This document shows, in pieces, positions 12,829 through 26,499 of a stretch of 64,000 nucleotides of DNA. The DNA is taken from positions 123,814,001 through 123,878,000 of the forward strand of contig OZ336870.1 in assembly GCA_965287045.1 (NCBI GenBank). Direction: 5' to 3'. The notes under the pieces are model-generated. The model did not search any database, was not told the DNA's origin, and saw only the letters and a program-made list of their open reading frames with translations. The stretch's first letter is position 1; every line of letters begins with the position of its first letter. This DNA comes from Carcharhinus amblyrhynchos (Eukaryota). A program made the translations under genes and the position numbers.

Positions 12829-15749
12829 GAAAGTCGTTGTGTTTTCTCAGTTTAATATTTGTTAAGCAGGCGAAATAATGATTTTCCACATTGTGCCTGA
12901 TAAACATTCTCCACCTTTCAATGCATTGTGGACATGCAATTCTGGGCAGCTTACTGAAACTTTCCGAAAGCTTTTGACAAAATGTCCATTTGAAACACTT
13001 TAGAGTTACTTTATTATTACAAGTGATCCAGGTCAAATGCGAGACTACAAAAGCTGTCCTCTCTCTTCTGAAAAGTTACTTGTGCAGGCAACAATTTATG
13101 GATGTGTGTGATTGAGAGAAAGTAAATTCTATGTCTACCCGTTTCAGCGGCTAAAGGATTGAAGTAAAGCACGAAATACAATATTTCGCTTGTAGAGAAT
13201 GAATTTCCCAATAGGATATAATAAAACTATTATCAGATAGAGAGACTCCGAAATGGGGGGAGAATATAATTATTTGTGTGTCAAGTGGGCAACTAAGTGA
13301 AGTGTTTTTGCAGCTTTATTACAAAAACTGACTTTATGAATCCGCTGTAATTCAATTGGTTTAGTTTCGCCTGTCAGTTGCCCGGCGACAAGGCATTTGG
13401 ATTGTCTTATAAGTCACTTTCTAGGTGTAATTCTTCACCACTTTCCAGAGTGTAATTAAAGATAAAACACTTCCTTCCAAAGTCAAACTTGTTCTGCTAA
13501 ATGAAACCAGGCTACATGACCGAGGGGAGCTACTCTCAACAGCAACAACTTGTCTTTACATCGTGCCTGTAACGCAATGAAATACTGACAGGACTATTAG
13601 ACAAGTGTCAGCGTGTGTGTGTGTGTGTGTATAGAAGTCAATGGAAGCAAATGATCAGTTAGCAAACCTCAATTTAAAATGACAATGTTTATTGCTTTAA
13701 ATTGCATTGTTTGTGCATTGTTGAACATTGATTTGATTTATTCATTCATTTTATTTATTGCGTCTTATTGTAAATAAAACAGTATTTCCGCGTCGCCTTG
13801 AGCTCAACCCCGTTTCATTCATGTTTAATTGAGCGAATATGCAATGCAAGCTCTTTTTTTGAAAGAGTTGCTTGTAATGTATCATCAATTTGAACAGTGA
13901 ATAATACACTTGTTTGGAAAGAAACCCCAATGAGCTCGGAATCTGATTCTGTTTTGTTCCCATTCCCTACCGCCCAGAAACACGAATGCTGACAGTGGTG
14001 TTTCAAACTTCTTACAACTACGTTAGCCCTTTGCATATGGGAGCGGTGGTGGTTAGATAGTGTGGGGTAAAGTAACCTTGACATCAAAAGAAAGCTGTCG
14101 CAGGGTCAATGTTGACACCGTTTTAATAATTTCAACCATTTCTGCTCAGCCGGCTATTGGCTGGAAAAGCCGAGGACACAGCACCTGAGAGCTCCCAGCA
14201 GGTAGGATCCCCTTGTGCCTCTTTCTCTTGGGAGCTGAACAATACTCACAACAAGTGAGTGCAGAAGGGTTAGCAACATTCCGGATACTAGGAAGATGTT
14301 GGGAACACAAAACAGAAATGTTGTTCCTCAGCTCAGGGTACACACACTTCCCGCTGCTGCTAAATCCGGGGCACTCCACACCTTGGCTCATTTCATATTG
14401 CGATAAATAAGAAAAATTCTGAAATGAATGCCCGGCCTACCCTTCCAATTTTCACCAAAGGTCTACCCGCTTGGTCCAGTTAACTAGGACCGGAACATGG
14501 CAATCTCGATCTAAAGCAGTATCACATCATCAAATCAACCCTGTTAACTCTTCCTCTGTTGTACAGGTCTACTCTCAATAGCTCTGATCACACATTCCCC
14601 CATTATATCTGTCCGACTGTGATTTAAAAAGATGTGAAAATTCACGAGTTATAACTAACATGGCACCTTAAATAACAAAAGCATGTGGCTTCTTCAAAGT
14701 CAAAGCGAGTGAGCAATGTGACCGACTGTTATATACCTTAAATACCATGGCAGAAATCATTCACATCTGCAGATGGTTGAGAGATGAACATGTTTCCACA
14801 CTGATTTGTGAAAGTGGATTACTGTTGCAATTGAAGCACGTTTAGACCGTGAAGAAGTTACATGTTATAAATTTGCATGGTGCAGCTCAAATCAATGACA
14901 TTTATATCGACTTCACTGCCTATTTGTGTGTGAAAATCGGTGATAGAAAGTTATCACCGCTGTTACCTGCCTTCAGTCAAAACTCAATTCATCACTTTGA
15001 TAGAACAAGGAAAACTGATCAAATTGCAAATATGGAACAAAAGCAGTGCCCTGCATTAAATTCCCTTGGCTGTTGAGTTGTTTCATTCTGTTAATGTCGG
15101 GTGCAAGTTCGAGCACCGGGAATAACCTTACGCATGTTACTGCTACATGGTGTAATATTTAAACATGGGTGATTCCACTTTTCAACATGTTAGCGTGTGC
15201 AGCTATTCAGAAAAGAGACAATTGCATGGAGTTCAGTGCAGAATACAATGTCCTGACAAAGTATTTAAAATTATCATTCGGTCAATAATGCTGACGTTTA
15301 GAAATAAATCACACGTTCTGAAGCTTTATGTAACTACGTGTTACTTTAGTATAAATCGGTTTGTGGGAAATCATTGCTTACGACAAGTGACCCAAGTGAT
15401 TTTGCTTCATAAATCGTGGTTGTTTATGAATAGAGCTATTTATAAAATATGGCAGATATTATTTAAAGCCAGGCAAAAATCGACAGGCAATTGTGTTGGT
15501 CCATCCGACCAGTTTTAATCACTTACTATGAATTCAGCTTCAGTCAACACACTGAACACGTCAAAGGCCATCGTTCTCTGTTGTGACATTGGAGGCCAAA
15601 GGTTATTCCAATGTGGTTATCACATGGTGGGCTCACCGTCTCCCTTGTTTTCCTTTACTCCTTTAATATTGGGATCCTACCTGAAAACCGAGAGATTCGA
15701 ATACGGCTCAAGCATTGGGACAATATATTGAGAGAGCCAGAAACACGGT

Positions 15750-17175
15750 TACTATATAGGAATATATTTGTATAGGCAGGAAACCTTGTTATCATAATGG
15801 GATATATTTATATAGCTGGCAAATCCTGTTATCATATTAGAATATGTCTATATAGCTGGGAAATTCTGTTACCATATTGGGATATATTTATGTAGCTGAG
15901 AAATGCAGTTATCATATTAGGATATATTTATATAGCTGGAAACCCCTATTATCATATTGGAATATATTTACATAGCTGGGAATTATTATCATATTTATAT
16001 GGCTGGGAAATCCTGTTATCACATTGGAATAAATTTATATAGCTGGGAAATCCTGTTATCACATTGGAATATATTTATATAGCTGGAAAATCCTGTTATC
16101 ACATTGGAATATATTTATATGGCGGGGAAATCCTGTTATAATATTGGAATACATTTATATAGCTGGGAAATCCTGTTATCACATTGGAATATATTTATAT
16201 GGCGGGGAAATCCTGTTATAATATTGGAATGTATTTATATAGCTGGGAAATCCTGTTATCATAGTGGAAAATATTTATATAACTGGAAAATCCTGTAATC
16301 ATATTGGAATATATTTATATAGCTGGGAAATCCTGTTATAATATTGGAATATATTTGTATAGCTGGGAATCTCGTTATCATAATGGAATATATTTATATA
16401 GCTGGGAAATTCTGTTATAATATTGGAATATATCTGTATAGCTGGGAATCCTGTTATCATATTGGAATATGTTTATATAGCTGGGACATCCTGTAACCAT
16501 ATTGGAATATATTTATGGAGCTGGAAAATCCTGTTATCATATTGTAATATATTTATATAGCTGGGAAATGCTGTTATTATGTAGGAATATATTTATATAC
16601 CTGGGAATCCTGTTATCATATTGGAATATATTTATATAGATGAGAAATCCTGTTTTCATATTGGAATATATTTAAATAGTTGGAAATCCTGTTATCATAT
16701 TGGAATATATTTGCATAGCTGGAAAATCCTGTTATCAGATTGAAATATATGTACATCGCTGAGAAGTCCAGTTATCATATTGGAATATATATTTTAGTGC
16801 CAAGAATTGCTGGTATCATATTGAAATATACTTATACAACCTGGAAATTCTGTTATAATAGATCATAATCCCTACAGTGCAGAAGGAGGCCATTTGGTCC
16901 ATCGAGTCCACCCACGTTTGCCTACGTAGGCCCTAGCCCGTAGCCCCACGTATTTATCCCTCTCTCCCCCTAACATACACATCTTGGGACACTAAGGGAC
17001 AATTTGGCAGGGCAAATCAACCTAACCGGCACATCTTTGGACTGTAGGAGGAAACCGGAGCACCCGGAGGAAACTCACGTAAACGTGGGGAGAACAGTCA
17101 AATTGGAATATATGTATTTGGCAGGAAATTCTTTTACCATATTGGAATATATTTATGGAGTCAGGAATTCATGTT
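15750..17175. repeat. 40-bp minisatellite (about 28 units plus 2 distal units), interrupted by a SINE
   Basis: Unit atattggaatatatttatatagctgggaaatcctgttatc repeats over ~15750-16860 and resumes at ~17098-17175. Confidence 0.95.
16862..17097 (-). mobile_element. 5'-truncated HE1-like SINE inserted in the minisatellite
   Basis: cctacagtgcagaaggaggccatttgg…ggaggaaaccggagcacccggaggaaac. Confidence 0.85.
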
Positions 17176-19301
17176 GCCGATCATTGCATGTATTGTAGTT
17201 TTAATTTAATATCACTACTCTTCCCATGCTGTGTTCCACGCTGCATTCATTATCTGATGACTTTATTTTAAAATCCTTTCAATCTCAAAATCAAGGGAAG
17301 CGTTTTCTTCGTGCAATAAATCGATTGGTTTCTTTACATGAGCAGTACTGGATGTAAGTCCGAACATATGCATTGCACCATGTAATTTCCTGCGCCCCAA
17401 TATCATGCACATCCCTGCACCTGGAGCTGCCGTTGGTCATAGTGTATCTGAATATTTGCTTAAACGTCTATCTGAGTGACGGTTATGGACATCAGCTGCC
17501 GATTATATCCCAGGACGAAAACGACTTCTGCGTGGAAACATGTTGATGTATTGTGATGCGAAATATTAAATGTAATAAAACGCACACATCTGTGCGCGGT
17601 AATGTCCATCCGAACGTTTTCCACCTTTTGATAAATTAGCTGGAATTCTGAATGCATCTTTAAACAATTGCCATTGCTACTCCTCAGAAGCCATTTGACT
17701 TCAATGTTCGGCACCTTTCCTTGGCTTTCATTGATTTACTGTAGAAGGCAATCATTGTTAAACAACGAAATAACTAGGTAAATTCAATCAAGAGCTTTGT
17801 TGTGATGTTCACGGCTTTGCCTGCGGAATCTAAACCCGGAACAAACGCAACTCAGGACTGAAATACTTGACTGACTGAAAGCTGTCGCTTGCTTCCAGAG
17901 GCTGCAGCTTTGAGTTATCCACTTCAGGCAAACATTAATAATTCGTCGGGATTCGAAACGTTAAGGATCCTTTAATATCAAAATAGTAACCGTACTGTAC
18001 ATCAAAATGCGTCAGCTATCTTTGAAATACGTACACATACATGCCGAGTATTCCTGGACATAGCAGATAATTTAACCATATAATTTTAATCAAGAACGAG
18101 ATTAAGCGCAGCAGAAGCGTGAATGTTTCGAAAGTGTAAACCCTAATTAGAAATGGCTTCCTTGTAAAAACAAAGTTCAAGCATAGCGATAGAAACAGCC
18201 AAGTGTATTGCAAATTCTGTGGTCGGAGTTATTGGGCCACCATAACTGTGTGCTGTACTCCGCCCGAGAGAAGTGTTTCTTTCTTTCCAAAGTGATAAAA
18301 CGTGACCCTTACTCAAAGTTATCAATGCGGTACAGAACTGATGCCAAAGCTGATTGCAAACAGGACATTGTGAACGCCTGGCCAGGGCTTGTAGCCATTA
18401 ACGCTCCTGGCCTCTGATTTATTTACATTTGAAAAAAAAGTCTAACTGTACATACATTTACATCAACCAAAGTATCGGCATATCGTTAAAAGGTCCGAAA
18501 AAAGTTACCCTCCATTTGAGTGAAGAACGGTTTTACAGAATACTAGTTTTGCAAATTGGCCACGAGAAATATCCAGGTCACTGAAGTGATCAGGTATCAA
18601 AAACAGCCCATGTGAGGGGGAGTGATCTATAAGGCCATGTCTAATCTAGCCCTACCCAAACTGTCCTTTTTTTAAAGAGGCAGAGAGCATGAGGAGGGGA
18701 AACACTAGGAAATTAATGCAATTAGCGAACGGTCTGCAGTCCTCGCAAACGTACCCTCTCAGTCAAATATAACTTCGAAAGAATTAACTCTGCCTGCTAC
18801 ATTTGCAGTGTAGTTCTTACCAGCATGTCTTCTGACTGAACGGATTAAATGGAAATACGCGTTACTCTCGTCCATGCTGGGTGCAGACTGTTTTAATTTT
18901 TAAACATAGCAATAAGAGTACACCTAATAATTCCTCTAACCTGTATTCACCCAGTACTTGCCAAGAAGCTATTCTCAATGAAAGTGCAACACAATGTATT
19001 CTCGTCCATCAAATTCATTTCGACTGCAGGCGTTACGTTCTATTCGAAAGAAAACGGAGAGGTTTTAAATATAGGAAAGTTCTTTTAAAAAGCATGCTAT
19101 TGCAGTGATAGAAAAACGGAATCGTGCACGATTGTTGTGGGTAAACTCTGGGCACACTTCTGTAAAATGGTGCAAATTATATCTTGTGACATTAATATTA
19201 AACGGTATGTCTAACACTGTTATAGAACGGATTCCGTCACCCAGCATGTCTGCTGCGATCGTATACACTTCCGTCACATCAATGTCAGAAAACTGACTTA
19301 C

Positions 19302-19307
19302 TTTATT
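19302..19307 (-). terminator. Candidate SOHo-1 polyadenylation signal (AATAAA)
   Basis: First canonical minus-strand AATAAA I noticed downstream of the stop at 20734; no transcript evidence. Confidence 0.3.
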
Positions 19308-20733
19308 AAAATCGAGTTTCAGTATAAATGTCCATTAATGTCATACTTTATATCCACGTGTTCCTGTATTCCTGGCTCGGTAGCAATTTCAGCTTCAATT
19401 TAGCAACACTTTGAATGAAATTGGCAATCCCAAACGGGGTGGATGGAGCTCAAGCGTGAATAAATTCCAGTGAGGATTTATCCCGCCATTGCTTATGAGA
19501 CGGCGATGTGAAAGATTCCCTCTAAATTCAGCAGTGGGGGCCGCATATTAGTAATGACTAACGTGCAGGCATCTAAACAATAAACTGCACTGTGATTGTA
19601 ATGTTCGCGTTTAATATCAAACCAGTAATGTCTCACCATGTATGTGCCATTCAGGTTGTGTCACTGAGACGGATGTGGCACTGACTTTTTAAACATCCCC
19701 AGCAATGAAATCGGATTATCACTGATCTAATTGACTCCACGCAGCGAAAGCTGGATAAATACCGGGTTAGGAGTAAGTTGAGGAGGATAAATGCATCCAA
19801 TAAAATCGCCCTGGTCCGAGGGAGAAAATTGAAAAAGAATTGCTTTGGAATTTCGCAGACTGCGAGTTGTGTAACAGTGAAAACGGCTTCTCATCTTAAT
19901 CTTCCCTTTTGGCCGTATTTCAGAGGGCGGGGTGAGGGATTGAACTATGGGGTCGCCCCCATCACCGTTAATTAAGTACCCCCTCCCCCCGACTGTGTTT
20001 CTTTTGGTTTTCAGTCCACATAAACAAAAAAAAATGACATGTGTGGCGTGGGGAAAGGGGAGGAAAGAGATCGAATGGAATTGGCAGCAAGTTGCGAGAC
20101 CCCGGGGTGAGGAGAACGAAGAGACGAAGGCTTATTTTCGATCAAGTTCAGGTCGTGCGGCTGCTGAATTCAAGACAGAACAGTGGGCAGCGGGTTCTTT
20201 CCACGTGCCCAGCCATATCAACCCTCCATCAGCCTGTGCAGACAACTCCGGGCAGTGAATTCCAATTAGGATCTTAAAAGGTATGCGAACTATGAATCGC
20301 TCAGCACCCCCACCCTGCCACTCCACCACCTCCCCCCCCCCACCCCCGTGCGTAAAAAAAATAAAAAATGCAAGTAAAAATTGCACTGAGAGTGGCTGTT
20401 GCTTTTTGAAGCAAATCTCGTGTCCATCAGAATAAGGACTGAACTGATTCAATGGTTAAAATGCATATATAATTTGTTGACTGAAATATGAATCCTCATC
20501 CAGAATTGAAGCAAAAATATATGTAAAAGACGGGTGGAGGATATAGAAAGAAGAATCGAAATAGGGCAACGACAGTGCAGGGTTAAAAGGAGTTCTTTAA
20601 CAAATTACATAGCATATAGATCATCTCCACCTCCCCCGCTACCCCCACCCCCGCCCCGCGCCACCCCCCGCCAAGTTAAACAGTGACTGAACGGCCGCTA
20701 AAATTTCCTGGGTTTAGGCACTGCTTTCAGCAA

Positions 20734-21315
<582 letters not shown>

Positions 21316-21605
21316 TTACTATCACTGTTAACACAGCAACATTACAAATGGCATATCACAAGGATCATTGCTGGATAAATATAGACCGTGAAAAGATTGA
21401 TCTAAAAAGGGACAATTGACCTCTCATGCTCATTCCTAACCCCCTTCCCTCTCTCATCACTAAACACAAACATACCCAAGGAATGAAATGAGAATTTCTA
21501 ATCGAATGTGAATTCGGGTTAAGAGCATTGCTCCCAGACTGGAGATAACAATATTCCCGCGGAGGCTACTAACCCCGGGCAGCGTCTGGTGAACGTTCAC
21601 AATAC

Positions 21606-21813
21606 CTTGCACAGTTTTCCTGTAGTCCTTGGCGTGCCTCATGTCACTTCTGGTGGCTTCATTCCGCGATTTTAATTCTGATGTGGGTGTGACTTGCTGC
21701 TTTGCACGCTCCTGTTTGGGCTCCCTGCACTTGGGGCTGCCTTTCAGAATGCTGTCGATGGTGAATTTCAGCGAGGGAGGCTGACACAGCGGCGGCCTCT
21801 CCTCCTTGTCCAT
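21606..21813 (-). CDS. HMX4: SOHo-1/HMX4 homeobox protein, coding exon 1
   Basis: ATG at 21813 gives MDKEERPPLCQPPSLKFTIDSILKG (eh1 motif FTIDSIL). The exon is 208 nt and ends CAA G|GTATTG (phase 1), in frame with exon 2. Confidence 0.82.
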
Positions 21814-21959
21814 CACTGCCCTCCCCCCGCCGGTGCTGTACCGGCCCGCCCAGCCGCCCCCCTCCCCGGCTCCCGCGGCCTGCTCTTGATGACTGAGGAA
21901 CGATCCGGGAGGGCTCGGCGATGGCTCCCCGTGCCGCCAGCACCATTCGTGCCCGCTCA

Positions 21960-22300
21960 GAGCCGCTCTCCGCTCATTTCCCCCCAAAGTTATTCACTCA
22001 GCGGGAAGATGGCGGTTCCTGGGCGCTCTCATTGGTCCAAACGTTGCCAGGGCGGGCTGCTCCAATGGGAGGGCGGAGGCGGGCTGGCAGGCAGCTGCTG
22101 CACACTGGCGCGCGGTGACTTTGCACTTAGTGGCTGCCACTGCACAACTCTCAAAGCACAGCCGCGTTCACAGAGGCTTCCTCTCATCTACATTGATATG
22201 TGGCTTAAGAGCCACCAACGCCGCGCAGTTGTCTGCCATTAACACTGTGGAATTACAGCAAAGGTCACAATCTAGCTGTGCCGTTTGCCGCATCGGGCAG
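21960..22300 (-). promoter_or_regulatory. CpG-rich proximal promoter of SOHo-1/HMX4
   Basis: GC/CpG-rich stretch just 5' of exon 1, with CCAAT boxes (22031-22035, 22062-22066), GC boxes (22050-22055, 22071-22076) and a YY1-type AAGATGGCGG (22006-22015). TSS not determinable. Confidence 0.6.
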
Positions 22301-22399
22301 GTGCTGCACTCTCCTTCCCATTTCACCTTCCAATGCTTCAACTCGCTTTACCGACTGACCTATTTATTTATCTCTTATTTGCCAATTATAGAAACACAG

Positions 22400-22630
22400 A
22401 AAATTGGTGCAGGAGTAAGCCTGCACCGCCATTCAATATCATCATGGCTGATCCTGCACTTGTATCCCACACCCACTTTCTCGCCATGTCCCTCAGTCGC
22501 TTTAGCTGCGATCTATATATAATCTAACATCTAGTGAACTGGCCCCCAACAGCTTTCTGTGGTAAGGAATTCCACAGGCTGACAACCCTTTAAGTGAAAA
22601 AGTTGTTCCTCATCTCAGTCCTGAATGGCA
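22400..22630 (-). mobile_element. CR1 3' fragment
   Basis: gcaggagtaagcctgcaccgccattcaatatcatcatggctgatc…ggaattccacaggctgacaaccc. Confidence 0.55.
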
Positions 22631-24214
22631 ATGTATTTATCTATTATTTGTTACCGATACTCCCATCATGGGCATTCAGAAATCACACATTCCTCCTGCC
22701 CTCATCATTTTTTAAATAATCAACCAATTTTCATGTAATAAATGACTCCGGACGTGAAAAAGTCAGAAAGAATTATATTTTGATCTGTTAGTTCAATAAA
22801 GTCCATAATGATATTTGGAGGCTGCCCCACTCCCAGTGCCTGACTCGGGCTACGGACTGCTAGCCACAAATGTTCTCCCCGTTATTGATACAGGCGACAG
22901 CAACCCGGCTTCATTCTGTCCCTTTCCTTCCTGCATCTTCTTTTTATTTCGCGCGACAGGCTGTCATGAAGATCCAGATAAGGAAAACAAATTGATGTTC
23001 CACCTCCCCCCCCCCCCGCCCCCGCACCTCCAAATAAGTTACGGTGTATCTATATGTTCGCATTATCACTGCAATCAGCACACAGTCCGGTCCTCCTCTC
23101 TTACACTGAACTCATCAAGTTACAAATGGGGATATTCGGGCTGCTGGACACAGAACCTGGGCCAGAAAGGCAGAGCAAGACTTCAGGACTGGAATCACGT
23201 GCATTAACTGCATGTCTATAGTATATACACACACCTGTGTTTGTATGTGTGTGCATGTGTATGTATATATTCAAAACAATTAGACTGTCTTTGTGCGCAC
23301 TGGCTGTGTTGTATATTATTTAAGGCACAGGTAGCTAGATTATTGATAAGCAACGGGGTTAAAGGTTGTCTGGGGTAGGGTTGGATTGTCCCTGTTCTGT
23401 TGCAGTGAGATTGGCTGTTAAGAGCTGGGCCGTTTTAGCAGTAATACTCCGCATTCTCCCATTTCCTACTTGCCCCCTCTTATTTCCGTGCTTTACCCAA
23501 TTCCTCTTCAATAAGAGAATGGCTGCCTGGTAAAGTCACCCATGGATAGGATGCCCTGGTGGTACGTGGGACTGAGAGACTTTCACACTCCAGCTCCTAA
23601 TGATGCTCAGTTTGTATATTCACCCCCTCATCCTCCGAGATCCGTTCAATTTTCTGGTTCATTAGTCAGGTGAATTGTCCTAGGTTTTAGCTTCGATTAT
23701 AACAGTAAAGCCGCATTTTCCGCACACCATGGGCTAACTTAAAACAAAACCTCATCGTTTATGCCTCTCAGGCTTTGTGCTTGCACCATGCAAGGATTCG
23801 CACGGACTCCCTTAAAGCTGTTAATTCCCTATCAGTGTACATGAAAGCAATGTCGGTAAAATCCCGTTTGTCACTACAGAAAGTATTTGTTTTAAATTAT
23901 TAAGCTGAAGTTTAATGTTTGGGTTTTACCAGGTTTATTTCTGGAATTCAATTTACTTCAGCTTTTTAATTGTCGCTTTACTGTGTGCAAATATCAATTC
24001 GAAAACATTTTAACATCTAACAGAAATGGAGTGAGATAGACAGAACGTGTCTAACTTTCCCCATATATAGTACACAGATATGGGGAACATAAGCAGCACA
24101 AAGTTGCTTATTTGACAATTGAAATAAAAGTTGATGCCCATCAGAATTATGTAGATCATTCCTTACCCATGCCAGTTGCTCTCACAACTGAAGCAAATTG
24201 GAAGTTGTTAACAG

Positions 24215-24835
24215 TATTTTTTTCATTCATTCGTATGACATGGGCATTACTGGCTGGCCAGCATTTATTGCCCATCCCTAGTCACCTTTGCGAGGGTGGT
24301 GGTGAGCGGCCTTCTTGAAACATTGCAGTCCACGTGCTCTGATTGACCCACAATGCCCTGAGGGAGGGAATTCCAGGATTTCGACCCAGCACTGAGAAGG
24401 AACAGCGATATATTTCAAAGTCAGGATGATGAGTGGCTAGGAGGGGAACTTGCAGATGGTGCTGTTTCCATGTATCTGCCATGTCCTTGTCTTTCCAGCT
24501 AGAACTGGTTGTGGGTTTGGAAGGCACTGTCTATGGCTCTTTGGTGAATTGCTGTAGTGCATCTTGTAGATAGCACACACTGCAGTACTAAGCTTCAATG
24601 GGATGGAGGGAGTGGATGTTTATGGATGTGGTGCCAATCAAGTGAGTTGCTCTGTCCTGGATGGTGTCAAGATTCTTGACTGTTTTTGGAGCTGCACCCA
24701 TACAGGCAAGTGAGGAGCATTCCATCATACTCCTGATTTATGTCCTGTAGATGGTGGACAGGCTAGTTGAGCTACTCGTTGCTGTATTCCTAGCCTCTGA
24801 CCTGCTTTTGTAGCCAGTGTGTTTATGTGGTGAGT
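24215..24835 (-). mobile_element. LINE 3' end (CR1/L2-group), decayed
   Basis: Reverse complement ends …gggatgggcaataaatgctggccagccag…gaatgaatgaaaaaa, preceded by decayed RT C-terminal coding sequence. Confidence 0.7.
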
Positions 24836-25704
24836 TTTCTATTAAACCAACTAGCTTTCTAAATTAATGGCTTTTTTCTATTATTGTCCATTTCAATGTG
24901 AAGGTGGGCTGCAATGTCAAGCAGGGTACAGCCAAACCACACATGTCAGAATATTCCATCTAGCATTTAGTTAATATGCCGTTTCAGTGGTTCATTTGCT
25001 CTCAAAGCTGCTTTTTTATTTTAACCTGAATTTCTCTCTGTTCATTAAGCTGAGGGATGCACATCTTTCTACTTCAGATACTTATTGTAAGCATAGTATG
25101 GATGCAGATCAACTACAATTAACAACATACAGAGTAAAGCTTCCTCTATCTGGCCCAGCCATATACCTCAGCTCTAACTTCACAGGAGCGCCTCTTCATG
25201 CTCCAAGCTGCTATAGTTTGTTAGTCTCATCCACCACCTGGGAGAATGATGGAGGCAGTTACAATCATGGCTTTGAAAAGGGAATTGAATAAGCACCTGA
25301 AGGAAACAAAAATACAGAGCTACAGGAAAAGGCAAAGAGCCAGCATAGACAAAATGGGCCAAGTGGTCTCCTTCTAATCGGCAACTATTCTATGATTCTG
25401 TCATTTGAAACATTAGCCCTGTCTAATTGAGTGAGGTTGCCAGCTAGGCTGAGGACTGAAATTGTGCAAACTGGTCTTACGAAGGACATTCTGAACCAAT
25501 GCGTGGGGATACAATCAATCTGGGCTAGATTTGAATGCAGACAGCTGAGATGAATTCCTGATGTCTAATCATATAGATCCTCAAGGTACACCAACTGAAG
25601 AATATGCTTCACCATTTCATGTCTTAAAACAAAATAGGTAGAAAGAGAAGACTATTGTACAGTACATGGCAATTTCATATGGGGAGACCAAATCTCCACA
25701 TGTT

Positions 25705-26130
25705 GAATGGTGGCTCGGATGACAGCACTCTTTTTTCTAAATCCAGGATTTTGAACTCAAGTCCCCATCCTGAACTTGAAGATTAAAATCAAGAGAGTCC
25801 TAAACTGTTGAAGGTGTTGCCTTTTGGTGAGACATTGAAACAGGTCTTTTGTCTACTTTCTCATATGAATGCAAAATGCCTGTAGCACTATTTTGAAGAA
25901 CAGATGAGTTATCCCCAGAGTCCAAGCCAATAATTAACCCTCAATCAATAGGACAAAGACAGATGACATGGTCAATCATATTGCTGATTGTGGGAGCTTG
26001 CTATGCACAAATTGGATGCTGTGTTTCCTAAATTACAACAGTGACCACACTGAAAAAAATAAATCCATCAGCTGTTAAGCATTTTGAGATGTCCAGTGTT
26101 GGTGAAAAGTGGTATATAAATGTAAGTCTA
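25705..26130 (+). mobile_element. Deu-domain SINE (SacSINE1/AmnSINE1-related)
   Basis: Degenerate tRNA head, then Deu-like core gcactattttgaagaacagatgagttatccccagagtccaagccaataattaaccctcaatc, then tail ggtatataaatgtaagtct. Confidence 0.65.
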
Positions 26131-26499
26131 TTCTTTTTTAAATATTTTCAATTTTAAAATGTTGATGAAATTTGTATGACTTTCTAATATGTTTCTTTTC
26201 TGAAGTAATAATTTCAGCAGTAATTGTCTATGATACCTTAAAGGTATATTGTCTTCTAAGATTATCACAAGTCTGATTTGTGTGGGATGCCAATGATTTT
26301 GCATTACTTCATTCATCTGATCAATGTGGAATGCCAATGTATGTATGATGACCACCATAAGTTTTATTGTGTGTTTAATGAATTACAGTTGCATCATGCC
26401 CAAGAACCCTAAATGCAAAGTAAAAATATACATCAGTCACAGGAAAACAAAGTTTAAAGTCTTCGAATGTTGTGACTTTCAGTATCTCTTTTAGGAACA

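Noticed and set aside
15750-16860. Regular repeat array resembling a CRISPR array
   Set aside because: Head-to-tail units with no unique spacers, no cas genes and a eukaryotic context.
21814-21987. N-terminal extension of SOHo-1 in the ORF track (MGGNERR…)
   Set aside because: Starts at TTG rather than ATG and is low complexity; ATG 21813 sits just before eh1, as expected for the true start.
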